Origin: Mobula hypostoma
Taxonomy: Eukaryota
Direction: 5' to 3'
Assembly (NCBI RefSeq): GCF_963921235.1
Contig: NC_086109.1
Location: forward strand, 186,001-250,000
Length of the DNA: 64,000 nt
Translations under genes and position numbers: made by a program
The notes under the pieces: model-generated
The model's database searches: none
Seen by the model: only the letters and a program-made list of their open reading frames with translations
What the model was told of the DNA's origin: nothing
Part shown: in pieces, positions 1 through 11,544 of the stretch
Position numbering within the stretch: position 1 is the first letter of the stretch
Layout of the letters: every line of letters begins with the position of its first letter

Positions 1-1000
1 CAGTCTCTCTCAGTCTGTCTCACACAGTCTCTCGTACAGTCTCTCTCAGTCTCTCTCACACAGTCTCTCTCACAGTCTCTCACACAATCTCTCACACAGT
101 CTCTCACACACAGTCTCTCACACACAGTCTCTCGTACATTCTCTCAGTCTCTCGTACAGTCTCTCTCACAGTCTCTCACACAGTCTCTCTCACACAGTCT
201 CTCACACAGTCTCTCGTACAGTCTCTCTCACAGTCTCAGTCTCTCACATAGTCTCTCGTACAGTCTCTCTCACAGTCTCTTACACAGTCTCTCGTACAGT
301 CTCTCTCACACAGTCTCTCTCACAGTCTCTCACACACAGTTTCACACAGTCTCTCTCACACAGTCTGTCTCACAGTCTCTCACACAGTCTCTCTCACACA
401 GTCTCTCACACAGTCTCTCATACAGTCTCTCTCACACAGTCTCTCACAGTCTCTCGTACAGTCTCTCTCACAGTCTCTCACACAGTCTCTCTCACAGTCT
501 CTTACACAGTCTCTCTCACACAGTCTCTCTCACACAGTCTCTTACACAGTCTCTCTCACACAGTCTCTCTCACACAGTCTCTCACACAGTCTCTCACACA
601 CAGTTTCTCACACATTCTCTCTCACAGTCTCTCACACAGTCTCTCACAGTCTCTCTCAGTCTCTCACACAGTCTCTCGTACAGTCTCTCACACAGTCTCT
701 CTCACAGCCTCTCACACAGTCTCTCTCGTACATTCTCTCTCACAGTGTCTCACACACAGTTTCTCACACATTCTCTCACACCGTCTCTCTCACACAGTCT
801 CTCGTACAGTCTCTCTCACAGTATCTCACACACAGTCTCTCGTATAGCCACATCCCCTCTCAGTCTCTCGTATAGTTACATTCTCTCTCACACACAGTCT
901 CTCTCACACAGTCTCTCACATACAGTCTCTCTCACACAGTCTCTCTCACACAGTCTCTCTCCCTCACACACACAGTCTCTCTCTCTCTCTCTTTCTCTCC
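1..1000. repeat. CA/CT-rich simple repeat (cagtctctcaca-type, ~12-16 bp units)
   Basis: Continuous degenerate tandem copies of cagtctct(ct)caca. Confidence 0.95.
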
Positions 1001-2057
1001 TGCATATGCACACTGATGATCTGGAAGAGGGGACCGAGTGTAGTGTGTATAAGTTTGCTGATGTTAGTAAATTGAGTGGAAAATCAAATTGCCCAGAAGA
1101 TACAGAGAGTCTGCAGAGAGACATAGATAGGTTTAGTGAGTGGGGAAGGGTCTGGCAGATGGAGTACAATGTTGGTAAATGTGAGGTCATCCACTTTGGA
1201 AGGAAAAATGGAGGATCAGAGAATTATTTAAATGGTAAAAGATTGCAGTATGCCGCTGTGCAGAGGGACTTGGGAGTGCTTGTACATGAATCACAAAAGG
1301 TTGGTTTGCAGGTGCAGCAGGCTGTCAAGAAGGCAAATGGGATGTTGGCCTTCATGGCTCGAGGGATTGAATTTAAGAGCAGGGAGGTTGTGCTACAACT
1401 GTACAGGGTACTGGTGAGGCCACACCTGGAGTACTGTGTGCAGCTCTGGTCTCCTTACTTGAGGAAGGATATACTGGCTTTGGAGGCGATGCAGAGGAGG
1501 TTCACCAGGTTGATTCCAGGGATGAGGGGTATACACTATGAGCAGAGATTGAGTCTCCTGGGATTGTACTTGCTGGAGTTCAGAAGAATGAGAGGAGATC
1601 TTATAGAAACATATAAAATTATGTTCAAGATTCAGGGATTAGATTTAGGATGGAGATGAAGAGGAACTGCTTTTCCCAAAGGGTGGTGAATCTGTGGAAT
1701 TCTCTATCCAATGAAGCAGCGGAGGCTACCTCAGTATATACAGCGGCATGCAAAAGTTTGGGCATCCCTGGTCAAAATTTCTGTTACTGTGAATAGTTAA
1801 GTGAGTAGAAGATGAACTGATCTCCAAAAGTCATAAAGTTAAAGATGAAACATTCTTTTCAACATTTTAAGCAAGATTAGTGTATTATTTTTGTTTTGTA
1901 CAATTTTAGAGTGGAAAAAAAGGAAAGGAGCACCATGCAAAAGTTTGGGCACCCCAAGAGATTTGAGCTCTCAGATAACTTTTACCAAGGTCTCAGACCT
2001 TAATTAGCTTGTTAGGGCTGTGGCTTGTTCACAGTCATCGTTAGGAAAGGCCAGGTG

Positions 2058-2083
2058 ATGCAAATTTCAAAGCTTTATAAATA
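2058..2083 (+). promoter_or_regulatory. Putative Tc1 internal promoter: octamer ATGCAAAT plus TATA box
   Basis: ATGCAAAT at 2058-2065 and TATAAATA at 2076-2083, ~40 bp upstream of the transposase ATG. Confidence 0.45.
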
Positions 2084-2121
2084 CCCTGACTCCTCAAGCC
2101 TTATCCTGACAATCAGCAGCC

Positions 2122-3127
2122 ATGAGCTCCTCTAAGCAGCTGCCTATCACTCTGAAAATTAAAATAAATGATGCCCACAAAGCAGGAGAAGGCTATAAGA
2201 AGATAGCAAAGTGTTTTCAGGTAGCCGTTTCCTCAGTTCGTAATGTAATTAAGAAATGGCAGTTAACAAGAACGGTGGAGGTCAAGTTGAGGACTGGAAG
2301 ACCAAGAAAACTTTCTGAGTGAACTGCTCGTAGGATTGCTAGAAAGGCAAATCAAAACCCCCGTTTGACTGCAAAAGACCTTTAGGAAGATTTAGCAGAC
2401 CCTGGAGTGGTGGTGCACTGTTCTACTGTGCAGCGACACCCGCAGAAATATGACCTTCATGCAACAGTCATACATCCTCACCACAAAATTCAGCATCAGA
2501 AGTTTGCAAAGGAACATCTAAACAAGCCTGATGCATTTTGGAAACAAGTCCTATGGACTGATGAAGTTAAAATAGAACTTTTTGGCCGCAGTGAGCAAAG
2601 GTATGTTTGGAGAAAAAAAGGGTGCAGAATTTCATGAAAAGAGCACCACTCTAACTGTTAAGCACGGGGGTGGATCGATCACGTTTTGGGCTTGTGTTGC
2701 ACCCAGTGGCACAGGGAACATTTCACTGGTAGAGGGAAGAATGAATTCAATTAAATACCAGCAAATTCTGGAAGCAAACATCACACCGGCTGTAAAAAAG
2801 CTGAAGATGAAAAGAGGACGGCTTCTACAACAGGATAATGATCCTAAACACACCTCAAAATCCACAATGGACTACCTCAAGAGGCGCAAGCTGAAGGTTT
2901 TGCCATGGCCCTCACAGTCCCCCGACCGAAACATCATCGAGAATCTGTGGATAGACCTCAAAAGAGCAGTGCATGCAAGATGGCCCAAGAATCTCACAGA
3001 ACTAGAAGGCTTTTGCAAGGAACAATGGGTGCAAATGCCCCAAACAAGAATTGAAAGACTCTTAGCTGGCTACAGAAAGCATTTACAAGCTGTGATACTT
3101 GCCAAAGGGGGTGTTACTAAGTACTGA
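2122..3127 (+). pseudogene. Tc1 transposase (DD34E), inactivated by stops and frameshift
   Basis: HTH region GEGYKKIAK...TGRPRKL; catalytic motifs VLWTDEVK, QQDNDPKH, WPSQSPDRNIIENLW, with 34 residues between the second D and E. Split over ORFs 2122-2322, 2407-2637 and 2582-3127. Confidence 0.95.
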
Positions 3128-3385
3128 CTATGCAGGGTGCCCAAACATTTGCTTTGGGCCCTTTCCCGTTTTTGTTATTTTGAAACTGTAAAAGATGGAA
3201 ATAAATAAGTAATCTTGCTTAAAATATTAAAGAAATGTGTCATCTTTAACTTTATGCCTTTTGGAAATCAGGTCATCTTTTACTCGCAAACAACAGGCAT
3301 TCTGCAGATGCTGGAAATTCAAGCAACACACATCAAAGTTGCTGGTGAACGCAGCAGGCCAGGCAGCATCTCTAGGAAGAGGTAC

Positions 3386-3421
3386 AGTCGACGTTTCAGG
3401 CCGAGACCCTTCGTCAGGACT
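3386..3421 (-). ncRNA. Minimal type I hammerhead ribozyme motif (PLE left arm)
   Basis: Minus strand reads AGUC-CUGACGA-AGGGUCUCGGCCU-GAAAC-GUC-GACU: stem I AGUC/GACU, core CUGANGA...GAAA, GUC cleavage triplet. Confidence 0.8.
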
Positions 3422-3962
3422 AACTGAAGGAAGAGCTAGTAAGAGATTTGAAAGTGGGAGGGGGAGGGGGAGATCCAAAATGATAGGAGAAGACAGGAGG
3501 GGGAGGGATGGAGCCAAGAGCTGGACAGGTGATTGGCAAAAGGGACATGAGAGGATCATGGGACAGGAGGCCTATTCCTAGTGGGGTGGCGGGAGGATGG
3601 AGTGAGAGCAGATGTACGTGAAATGGAGGAGATGCGTTTAAGAGCAGAGTTGATAGTGGAGGAAGGGAAGCCCCTTTCTTTAAAAAAAGGAAGACGTCTC
3701 CGTCGTCCTAGAATGAAAAGCCTCATCCTGAGAGCAGATGCGGCGGAGACGGAGGAATTGCGAGAAGGGGATGGCGTTTTTGCAAGAGACAGGGTGACAA
3801 GAGGAATAGTCCAGATAGCTGTGAGAGTCAGTAGGCTTATAGTAGACGTCAGTGGATAAGCTGTCTCCAGAGACAGAGACAGAAAGCCATAGAAAGGGGA
3901 GGGAGGTGTCGGAAATGGACCAGGTAAACTTGAGGGCAGGGTGAAAGTTGCCTCCATATATA

Positions 3963-4225
3963 GCCTTTTATATATTGGCGAGACCCGACGCAGACTGGGA
4001 GACCGCTTTGCTGAACACCTACGCTCTGTCCGCCAGAGAAAGCAGGATCTCCCATTGGCCACACATTTTAATTCCACATCCCATTCCCATTCTGACATGT
4101 CTAACCACGGCCTCCTCTACTGTAAAAATGAAGCCACACTCAGGTTGGAGGAACAACACCTTATATTCCGTCTGGGTAGCCTCCAACCTGATGGCATGAA
4201 CATCGACTTCTCTAACTTCCGCTAA
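3963..4225 (+). pseudogene. Penelope GIY-YIG endonuclease C-terminal fragment
   Basis: LLYIGETRRRLGDRFAEHLRSV...THFN...LEEQHLIFRLGSLQPDGMN has the YIG, R..EH, HF, E and GMN motifs. Confidence 0.9.
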
Positions 4226-4517
4226 TGCCCCACCTCCCCCTCGTACCCCATCTGTTACTTATTTTTATACACACATTCTTTCTCTCACTCTCCTTTTTCT
4301 CCCTCTGTCCCTCTGAATATACCCTTTGCCCATCCTCTGGGTCCCCCCACCCCATCTTTCTTCCCGGACCTGCTGTCCCATGCTCCTCTCATATCCCCTT
4401 TGCCAATCACCTGTCCAGCTCTTGGCTCCATCCCTCCCCCTCCTGTCTTCTCCTATCATTTCGGATCTCCCCCTCCCCCTCCCATTTTCAAATCTCTTAC
4501 TAGCTCTTCCTTCAGTT

Positions 4518-4553
4518 AGTCCTGATGAAGGGTCTCGGCCTGAAACGTCGACT
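4518..4553 (+). ncRNA. Minimal type I hammerhead ribozyme motif (PLE right arm)
   Basis: AGUC-CUGAUGA-AGGGUCUCGGCCU-GAAAC-GUC-GACU; predicted cleavage after C4549. Confidence 0.8.
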
Positions 4554-4812
4554 GTACCTCTTCCTAGAGATGCTGCCTGGCCTACTGCGTTCACCAGCAA
4601 CTTTGATGTGTGTTGCTTCATCTTTTACTCGCTTAGCTATTCACAGTAACATAAATTTTGACCAGGGTGCCCAAACTTTTGCATGCCACTGTATATTCAA
4701 GACAAGGTTGGATGAATGTTTGCATGGTAGGGGAGCTAAGGGTTATGGGGAAAAGGCAGGTAGGTGGAGATGAGTCCATGGACAGATCAGCCATGATCTT
4801 ATTGAATGGTGG

Positions 4813-5283
4813 CAGACATCCCACCCTGCAAAAACTCATTTCAGGGAGGTAGCACCATCAATTTGCAGGAGAGGTGTGATGTCTGCAATAGAGTAGCTCC
4901 TGAGCAGCTGGCCAGCGAGTTTAAATAACGTTAGCTATGCTAATGAATGAATGACACCTGTTAAACTCACCTCAACATGCCTTTTACAGTCTTAACCCAC
5001 CATGGGCAATAGAAAAGTCACTGTTGCAAACAGCGCAGCAAGCAACACTGTCATTATTTTTGACCCCTATTAGGCAGGGGTACACTTTAGTGTAGTCTGG
5101 GGTGACGTATGTTTTATATTTTCTTTTTTTGGAACACTCTGCCATGGCGCGCTCTCGCTCCCTCTCTCAAAAAAATGATTTCTGGGATATTGTATATACA
5201 AACGTTTGTAATTTGCGGACATCAGGGAGCCACTATCAATATGTGGGAGACTCCCGGAACTTCCGGGAGAGGTGGGATATCTG
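4813..5283. mobile_element. Non-autonomous DNA transposon (MITE, hAT-like CAG ends), 471 bp
   Basis: 13-bp TIR cagacatcccacc / ggtgggatatctg (1 mismatch); 6-bp duplication tggtgg at 4807-4812 and 5284-5289; interrupts the CR1 3' UTR. Confidence 0.8.
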
Positions 5284-5349
5284 TGGTGGAGCAGGCTTGA
5301 CAGGCTAGATGGCCTACTCCTGCTCCTATTTCTTACGTTCTTAAGTTCT

Positions 5350-5814
5350 CTCTCTTTCTTTCACACAGTCTCTCTCTCCCCCTCTCTTCCACACACAGTC
5401 TCTCTCCCTCTCTTCCACACACTATCTCTGTCCGTCTCTCACACACACACTCTCTCTCTCTCTCTCATACAGTCTCTCCCTCTCTGCACACAATCCCACT
5501 CTCTCTCACACACACACACACTCTCAGCCTCTCTCATACACTTCCAGTCTCTTTCTCTCTCACACACATGCAGTCTCTCCCTCTCATACACATAGTCTTC
5601 TTCTCACTCACACACACAATCTCTCACAGTCACAGTCTCTGTCTCTCACACAGTCTCGGCCACACACACACTCTCTTCTCTCACAGACTCCCATCTCACA
5701 CAGTCTTTCCTTCTCTCTCACACATATTGTCTCTGTCTCTCACATTCAGACTCTCTCTCACACAGACTCCCCATCTCTCACAGTCCCACTCTCTATTTCT
5801 CTCACACACACATA

Positions 5815-5850
<36 letters not shown>

Positions 5851-6129
5851 GACATACTCGGTCTCCCAAATTCTCTCTCACATGCACACACTCTCCCTCT
5901 GTTTCCCTTTCTCTCACACAACCAGTCTCATACAGTCTTGCTCCCATCTCTCATTCTCCCCCTCTCTTGCATAATCTCTCACACACACTCTCTCTCAGTT
6001 TCTCACAGTCTCTCTCCCTCACACACACAGTTTCTCCCTCTTACACAGAATCTCTCTCTAAACACACAATCTCTCTCACAGACACAAACACTGATACAGT
6101 CCCTTTGGCTCTCTCACACTGTCTCTCCC

Positions 6130-6166
<37 letters not shown>

Positions 6167-9100
6167 CACCCCTCTCACTCTCACACACACACCCACTCTC
6201 TCTCACGGTCCGTCTCTTTCACTCACAGACATAGTAAGCAATTCACACAACAGTCCCTCTTACACAGTCTTTCTCACACTCAAATTCACTCTGTCTCTCC
6301 CACACACTCTCACTCACACACTCTCACTCGCTCACACACCAGAAATCTCTCCGTCACACTTAATCACTATCTCTCAAACAGAGAACCTCTCTCTGTCACA
6401 GTCTCCCACACACCCAGTCTCTCTCAGATAGTCATTGCCTTTCTTCCACACAGTTTCTCACCCTCTCTCATACAGTGTCTCTCTCTCTGTCTCTCAAACA
6501 CATGGTCTCTCCCTCTCTCTCTCACACACACTCTCTCTCTCACACACGGTCACCCTCTCTGACACAGTCTCTCCCTCTCACACAGTCTGCCTCTCTCCAC
6601 ACACTCCCACTCTCTCTCACACACATTCTCCCTCTCTCTCACACATACATGGTCTCTGTCTCGCATACACACACTCTCTCTCTCACACACACACAGTCTC
6701 TCCCTCTCTCACACAAACACAAACTCTCTCTCTCTCTCACAATACACACAGAAAGACTATCTCCCTCTGACACACTCTCTCGGTCTTGCTCGCTCTCACT
6801 CACACACAGTGTCTCTCTCTCTCAGTCTCCTCACTCACACACTCTCAGACACAGTCTCGCACTCAGTGTGTCTCTCTCACACACGCAGACACAATCTCCT
6901 TCTCATTCACACACTCTCAGTCTCTCTTCTCACAGTCTGTCTCTCATAGTCTCTGCCACACACACTTTCTTTTCTCAGACTCCCCGTCTCTCACACACAT
7001 GTACACACTCTCTCTCACTATCTGTCTCCCTCTTTCACACACACCCAGTCTCAGTCTCCCCGTCTCTTGCACACACTCTCTCTCTCTCACACACACTCAC
7101 AAACACATGCACTCTTTCCCTCTTACACTCTCTCCCACACACACAGCGTCTGTCTCTCAGTCTCGTCCTCTCTCATGCACGCACTCCCTCTTGCGCACTC
7201 TCCATCACATGCAATTCTCTCACATACATGTGAACTCTTTCCCTCTTATACAGTCACTCGCTCTCTCAGACAGACACTCTAAACACACTGTCTCACTCTG
7301 ACCCACATTCTGTCACACCCACACTCTCTCTCTCACACACAGACACGCTCTCTCACCCACTCTCTCTATCACACACACCCTCTCTCACTCTCTCACATAC
7401 ATGATCTCACACACACACATACTCTCTCACTCACAAACTCTCTCATACACACATTCTCTCGCTCACCCACACTCTCTCTCACGGACACACTCCATCTCAC
7501 ATAAATACACTCTCTCACTCACACATACTCCCTCTCACATGCACTCAGTCTTTCTCACACACACACTCACTCTCTCACACACACACACTTTCTCTCTCTC
7601 ACACACTCTCCCTCTCACACCCATACAGACACTCTCTCATTCACACACACACTTATAGTCTCTTTCACACACACTCAGTCTTTCTGACACACACACTCTC
7701 TCTCACAGCCACACACACTCTCTCTCTCAAACACACATGAACCCTCTCACACACACACACACTCTCTCTCACACACACACACTCACAATCTCTCTCACAC
7801 ACCCACACTCTCTCACACACACACCCACACACTCTCTCTCATTCACACACTCATTCTCTCTCACACACACTCTCTGACACACACACTCTCACCCTCTCTC
7901 ACACCCATACACAGTCTCTCTCACACTCACTCTCTCTCTCCCACACACACACTCTCTCAAACACACACACTCTCTCACACACACACACTCTCTCACACAC
8001 ACCCACACACTCTCTCATTCACACACTTATTCTCTCTCACACACACAGCCACACACACAGTCTCTCTCACACTCACTATCCCACACACACACACACTCTC
8101 TCTCACACACAGACACTCTCAGATACACACTGTCTCTCGAACACCCACTCTCTCTCTCACACTCACATGCTCTCTCACACACACTTATAGTCTCTCTGAC
8201 ACACACACACTCAGACTCTCTCACACCCACACACACTCTCTCTCACAGCCATACACACACTCACTCTCTCTCAAACACACACACGAACTCTCTCTCACAC
8301 ACACTCTCTCTCTCTCTCTCACACACACACTCACAATCTCTCTCACACACTCACTCTCTCTCACACACACACAGTCTTTCTCACACACATACTCACTCTC
8401 TGTCACACACACCCACACTCTCTCACACACACCCACACACTCTCTCTCATTCACACACTCATTCTCTCTCACACACACTCATAGTTTCACACACACACAG
8501 TGTCTCTCACACACTCTCTGACACACACACTCACCCTCTCTCACACCCACACACAGTGTCTCTCACACTCACTCTCTCTCTCCCACACACACACTCTCTC
8601 TCAAACACGCACTCTCACACACTAACTCTCTCACACACACCCACACACTCTCTCTCATTCACACACTCATTCTCTCTCACACACAGTCTCACACACAGCC
8701 ACACACACAGTCTCTCTCACACTCAGTATCCCACACACACTCTCTCTCACACACATACACTCTCAGATACACACTGTCTCTCGAACACCCACTCTCTCTC
8801 TCACACTCACATGCTCTCTCAAACACACACAAGCTCTCTGACACACATACTCTGTCTCTCACACAGACAATGCTCTCTCACACATGCACTCTCTCCCACA
8901 CACAGTGTCTATCTATCCCCCACACACACACACTCACTCTCACTCCCTCTCTCACACACACCAATACTCGCTCTCACACACACACACTCTCTCACACACA
9001 ATCACTCTGCTCTCTCTCACCCACATTCTCTGACACACGCACTCTCACACATATGCACTCTCTCACCTGCACTCTCTCTCACACCCATACACACTCTCTC

Positions 9101-11001
9101 ACACACACACACACTTTCACACATGCACTCTCACACCCACAATCTCCTACACAGCCCCCCTCTCTCACACACACACATGCTCTCTCAAACACTTCCTCAC
9201 ACATGCACTCTTACAACTACACTGTCCCACACACAGCCTCTCCCACATGCACACACAAACTCCCTCTCTTACACCCACACACCCTGTCTTTCACACCCGG
9301 TCTCTCTCACACCCACCCACATGCTCTCTCTCACACACACACACTCACTCTCACAAACGCTCTCTCACACACACTCACTCTCACACACGCATGCTCTCTC
9401 ACACACACTCTCTCCCACTCACTCTCTCTTACACACACACCCTCTCTCACACCCACACACACAGAGACTGTCTCACACACACTCACTCTCTCTCACACAC
9501 ACGCTCTCTCTCACACAAACATACACTCTCTCTCACACCCACACACACACTCTCCCACACACACACTCACTCTCTCTTACACACACTCACTCTCTCACAC
9601 CCACACACACTCTGTCATTCACATACTCATTCTCTCACACACACACTCACCCTCTCTCACACCCACACACACAGTCTCTCTCACACTCACTGTCTCTCAC
9701 ACACACATGCTCTTTCTCAAACACATTCACTCTCTCACACACACACACGCTCTCTCACACACATGCTCTCTCTCTCACACACACACCCACCCACATGCTC
9801 TCTCTCACACACAAACGCTCTCTCACACACTCACTCTCTCACACACACGCGCTCTCTCTCTCACGCACACACTCTCTCTCATTCACACACTCATTCTCTC
9901 TTACACACGTACACTCTCTCCCACACACTCAGTCTCTCTGACACACACACACTCACCCTCTCTCACACCCACACACACACTCTCTCACACCCAGTCTCTC
10001 TCACACATACTTTCTTTCTCACACACACACCCAGTCACATGCTCTCTCTCTCACACACACTCAGTCTCTCTCACACACAGATGCTCTCTCACACACACAT
10101 GCTCTCTCTCACACACTCTCTCTCTCATTCACACACACGTTCTCTCACACACACACTCACACTCTCTCTCACACACACACACTCATAGTCTCTCTCACAC
10201 ACACACTCACTCTCTCACACTCACTCTCTTTCTCCCACACACACACTCTATCACACACACATGCTCTCTCTCACACACACAGTGTCACTCTCTCACACTC
10301 ATAGTCTCACTCTCTCAGTCTCACTCTCTCTTACACACACAGTCTGTCTCACACAATAGTCTCACTCTCTCTCATACTCACAGACTCTCAAATAATCTCT
10401 CTCTGACAAACACAGGGTCTCTCACTCTCACACACACACTCAGTCTCTTTCACACACTCACTCTCACACACAAACACTCTCTCACACACACACACTCACT
10501 CACACACACATACTCTCTCACACACACATACTCTCTCTCAGACACTCTCTCTCTCACACACACACACTCACAATCTCTCTCACACATGCTCTCTCTCACA
10601 CACACTCTCCCACAGGCTCTCACACACAGTCTCACTCTCTCACACTCATAGTCTCATTCTCGCTCAGTCTCACTCTCTCTCACACACACACTATTATATC
10701 TCACAGTGTCTCACATATACCCATCTCACTCTCTCTTACACACACAGTCTATCTCAAACACAGTCTCACTCTTTCATACACAGTCTCTTGTACAGTCTGT
10801 CTCTGACAAACACAGGGTCTCTCTCACTCACACGCACAGTCTCTTGCACTGTTTCACAGTCACTGTCACTCTGTCTCGCATACACAGTCACTCTCACACT
10901 GTCAGTTCAGTCTCTCTCACATGTAAAACACACAGTCCCTCACAGTGACAGACTCTCACACAGATTCTCTCTCAGGCAAAATTGGTCTCCCTCTCTCTCT
11001 C

Positions 11002-11035
<34 letters not shown>

Positions 11036-11245
11036 GCAGTGTCTCTGACACACGTCTTTCACTCACACACAGTTGCTCTAATACACACTGCCTCTCTCAC
11101 ATACTCTCAGTCACTCTACATCTCACAAACACTCAGTCTTTCTGACACAAACACAGCGTGCCTAGTAGTCACAGTGACTCTTTAACACAAACCATCTCTC
11201 ACACACGGTCCCTCCTTCTCTCCCTCTCTGTCTCTCTCTTTCACG
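5350..11245. repeat. CA/CT low-complexity tract with internal duplicated blocks
   Basis: Interspersed (CA)n/(CT)n runs. Marker motifs recur ~530-650 bp apart, e.g. acttatagtctct at ~7651 and ~8183. Confidence 0.95.
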
Positions 11246-11330
11246 CAAGGAGATTTCTGCAGTGATTGGGAACGAGAAGCAGATAGACAGCAAGCAAAAC
11301 ATATCCATTTCTGGTTCACAGTTCACTCAC

Positions 11331-11422
11331 TTTGATGGAGATCGACTGTTCAGTGTCAGGAACGGAGATGTTGTTTCTGAAGTGATGCAGATCCGGCCAG
11401 CTGCAGGGCCAGTGACCCCGGT
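11331..11422 (-). CDS. Candidate exon 5 of an unidentified gene (TGVTGPAAGRICITSETTSPFLTLNSRSPS)
   Basis: Unique island between repeats. Donor AAA|GTGAGT; acceptor ttgtttacCAGCAG| (NAGNAG). Open frame, phase-compatible with the exon at 33954. Confidence 0.6.
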
Positions 11423-11544
11423 CTGCTGGTAAACAATACCATTCCATTATTACCCGTGCACATAGCAGCACTCCCACAACCATCTCCCTCTTGTGTCCAT
11501 AAATCCCACAAAACTCCCAAACACTAGGAGAGCAGGTAAGAGGC

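Larger units (their letters stand above)
3288..4617. mobile_element. Penelope-like retroelement (GIY-YIG type) with inverted head-to-head arms, inserted in the Tc1 right TIR
   Basis: 15-bp TSD tcatcttttactcgc at 3273-3287 and 4618-4632. ~250-bp inverted terminal arms (3321-3570 vs ~4370-4618). Minus-strand RT C-terminal piece (FFKERGFPSSTINSALKRIS) at ~3575-3950 and plus-strand GIY-YIG at ~3963-4225. Confidence 0.92.
1741..4691 (+). mobile_element. Tc1-family DNA transposon, IR/DR type, complete ends, ~1.6 kb once the nested insertion is removed
   Basis: TA at 1739-1740 and 4692-4693. The terminus cagcggcatgcaaaagtttgggc is mirrored by gcccaaacttttgcatgccactg. Inner direct repeats at ~1933-1955 and ~3135-3152 define ~210-bp TIRs. 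Confidence 0.95.
1001..5349 (+). mobile_element. 5'-truncated CR1 LINE (RT C-terminus + 3' UTR), split into three pieces: ~1001-1738, 4694-4812, 5290-5349
   Basis: Translation KFADVSKL...WQMEYNVGKCEVIHFG...LYRVLVRPHLEYCVQLWSP is typical of CR1 ORF2. The sequence reads on across both insertions (gctacctcagtata|ttcaagacaagg; gaatggtgg|agcaggc) and ends in a CR1-type tail (cctactcctgctcctatttcttacgttcttaag). Confidence 0.92.

Noticed and set aside
5271..5283. MITE TIR shares cagatatccc with the satellite monomer
   Set aside because: Only 10 bp with no flanking similarity; likely chance.
5350..11245. Long His/Thr/Ser/Leu ORFs (461, 593 aa)
   Set aside because: Translations of CA/CT microsatellite that lacks stop codons.
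11526..11541. Plus-strand donor-like CAG|GTAAGA
   Set aside because: No matching plus-strand acceptor or exon chain found; it sits at the satellite edge.
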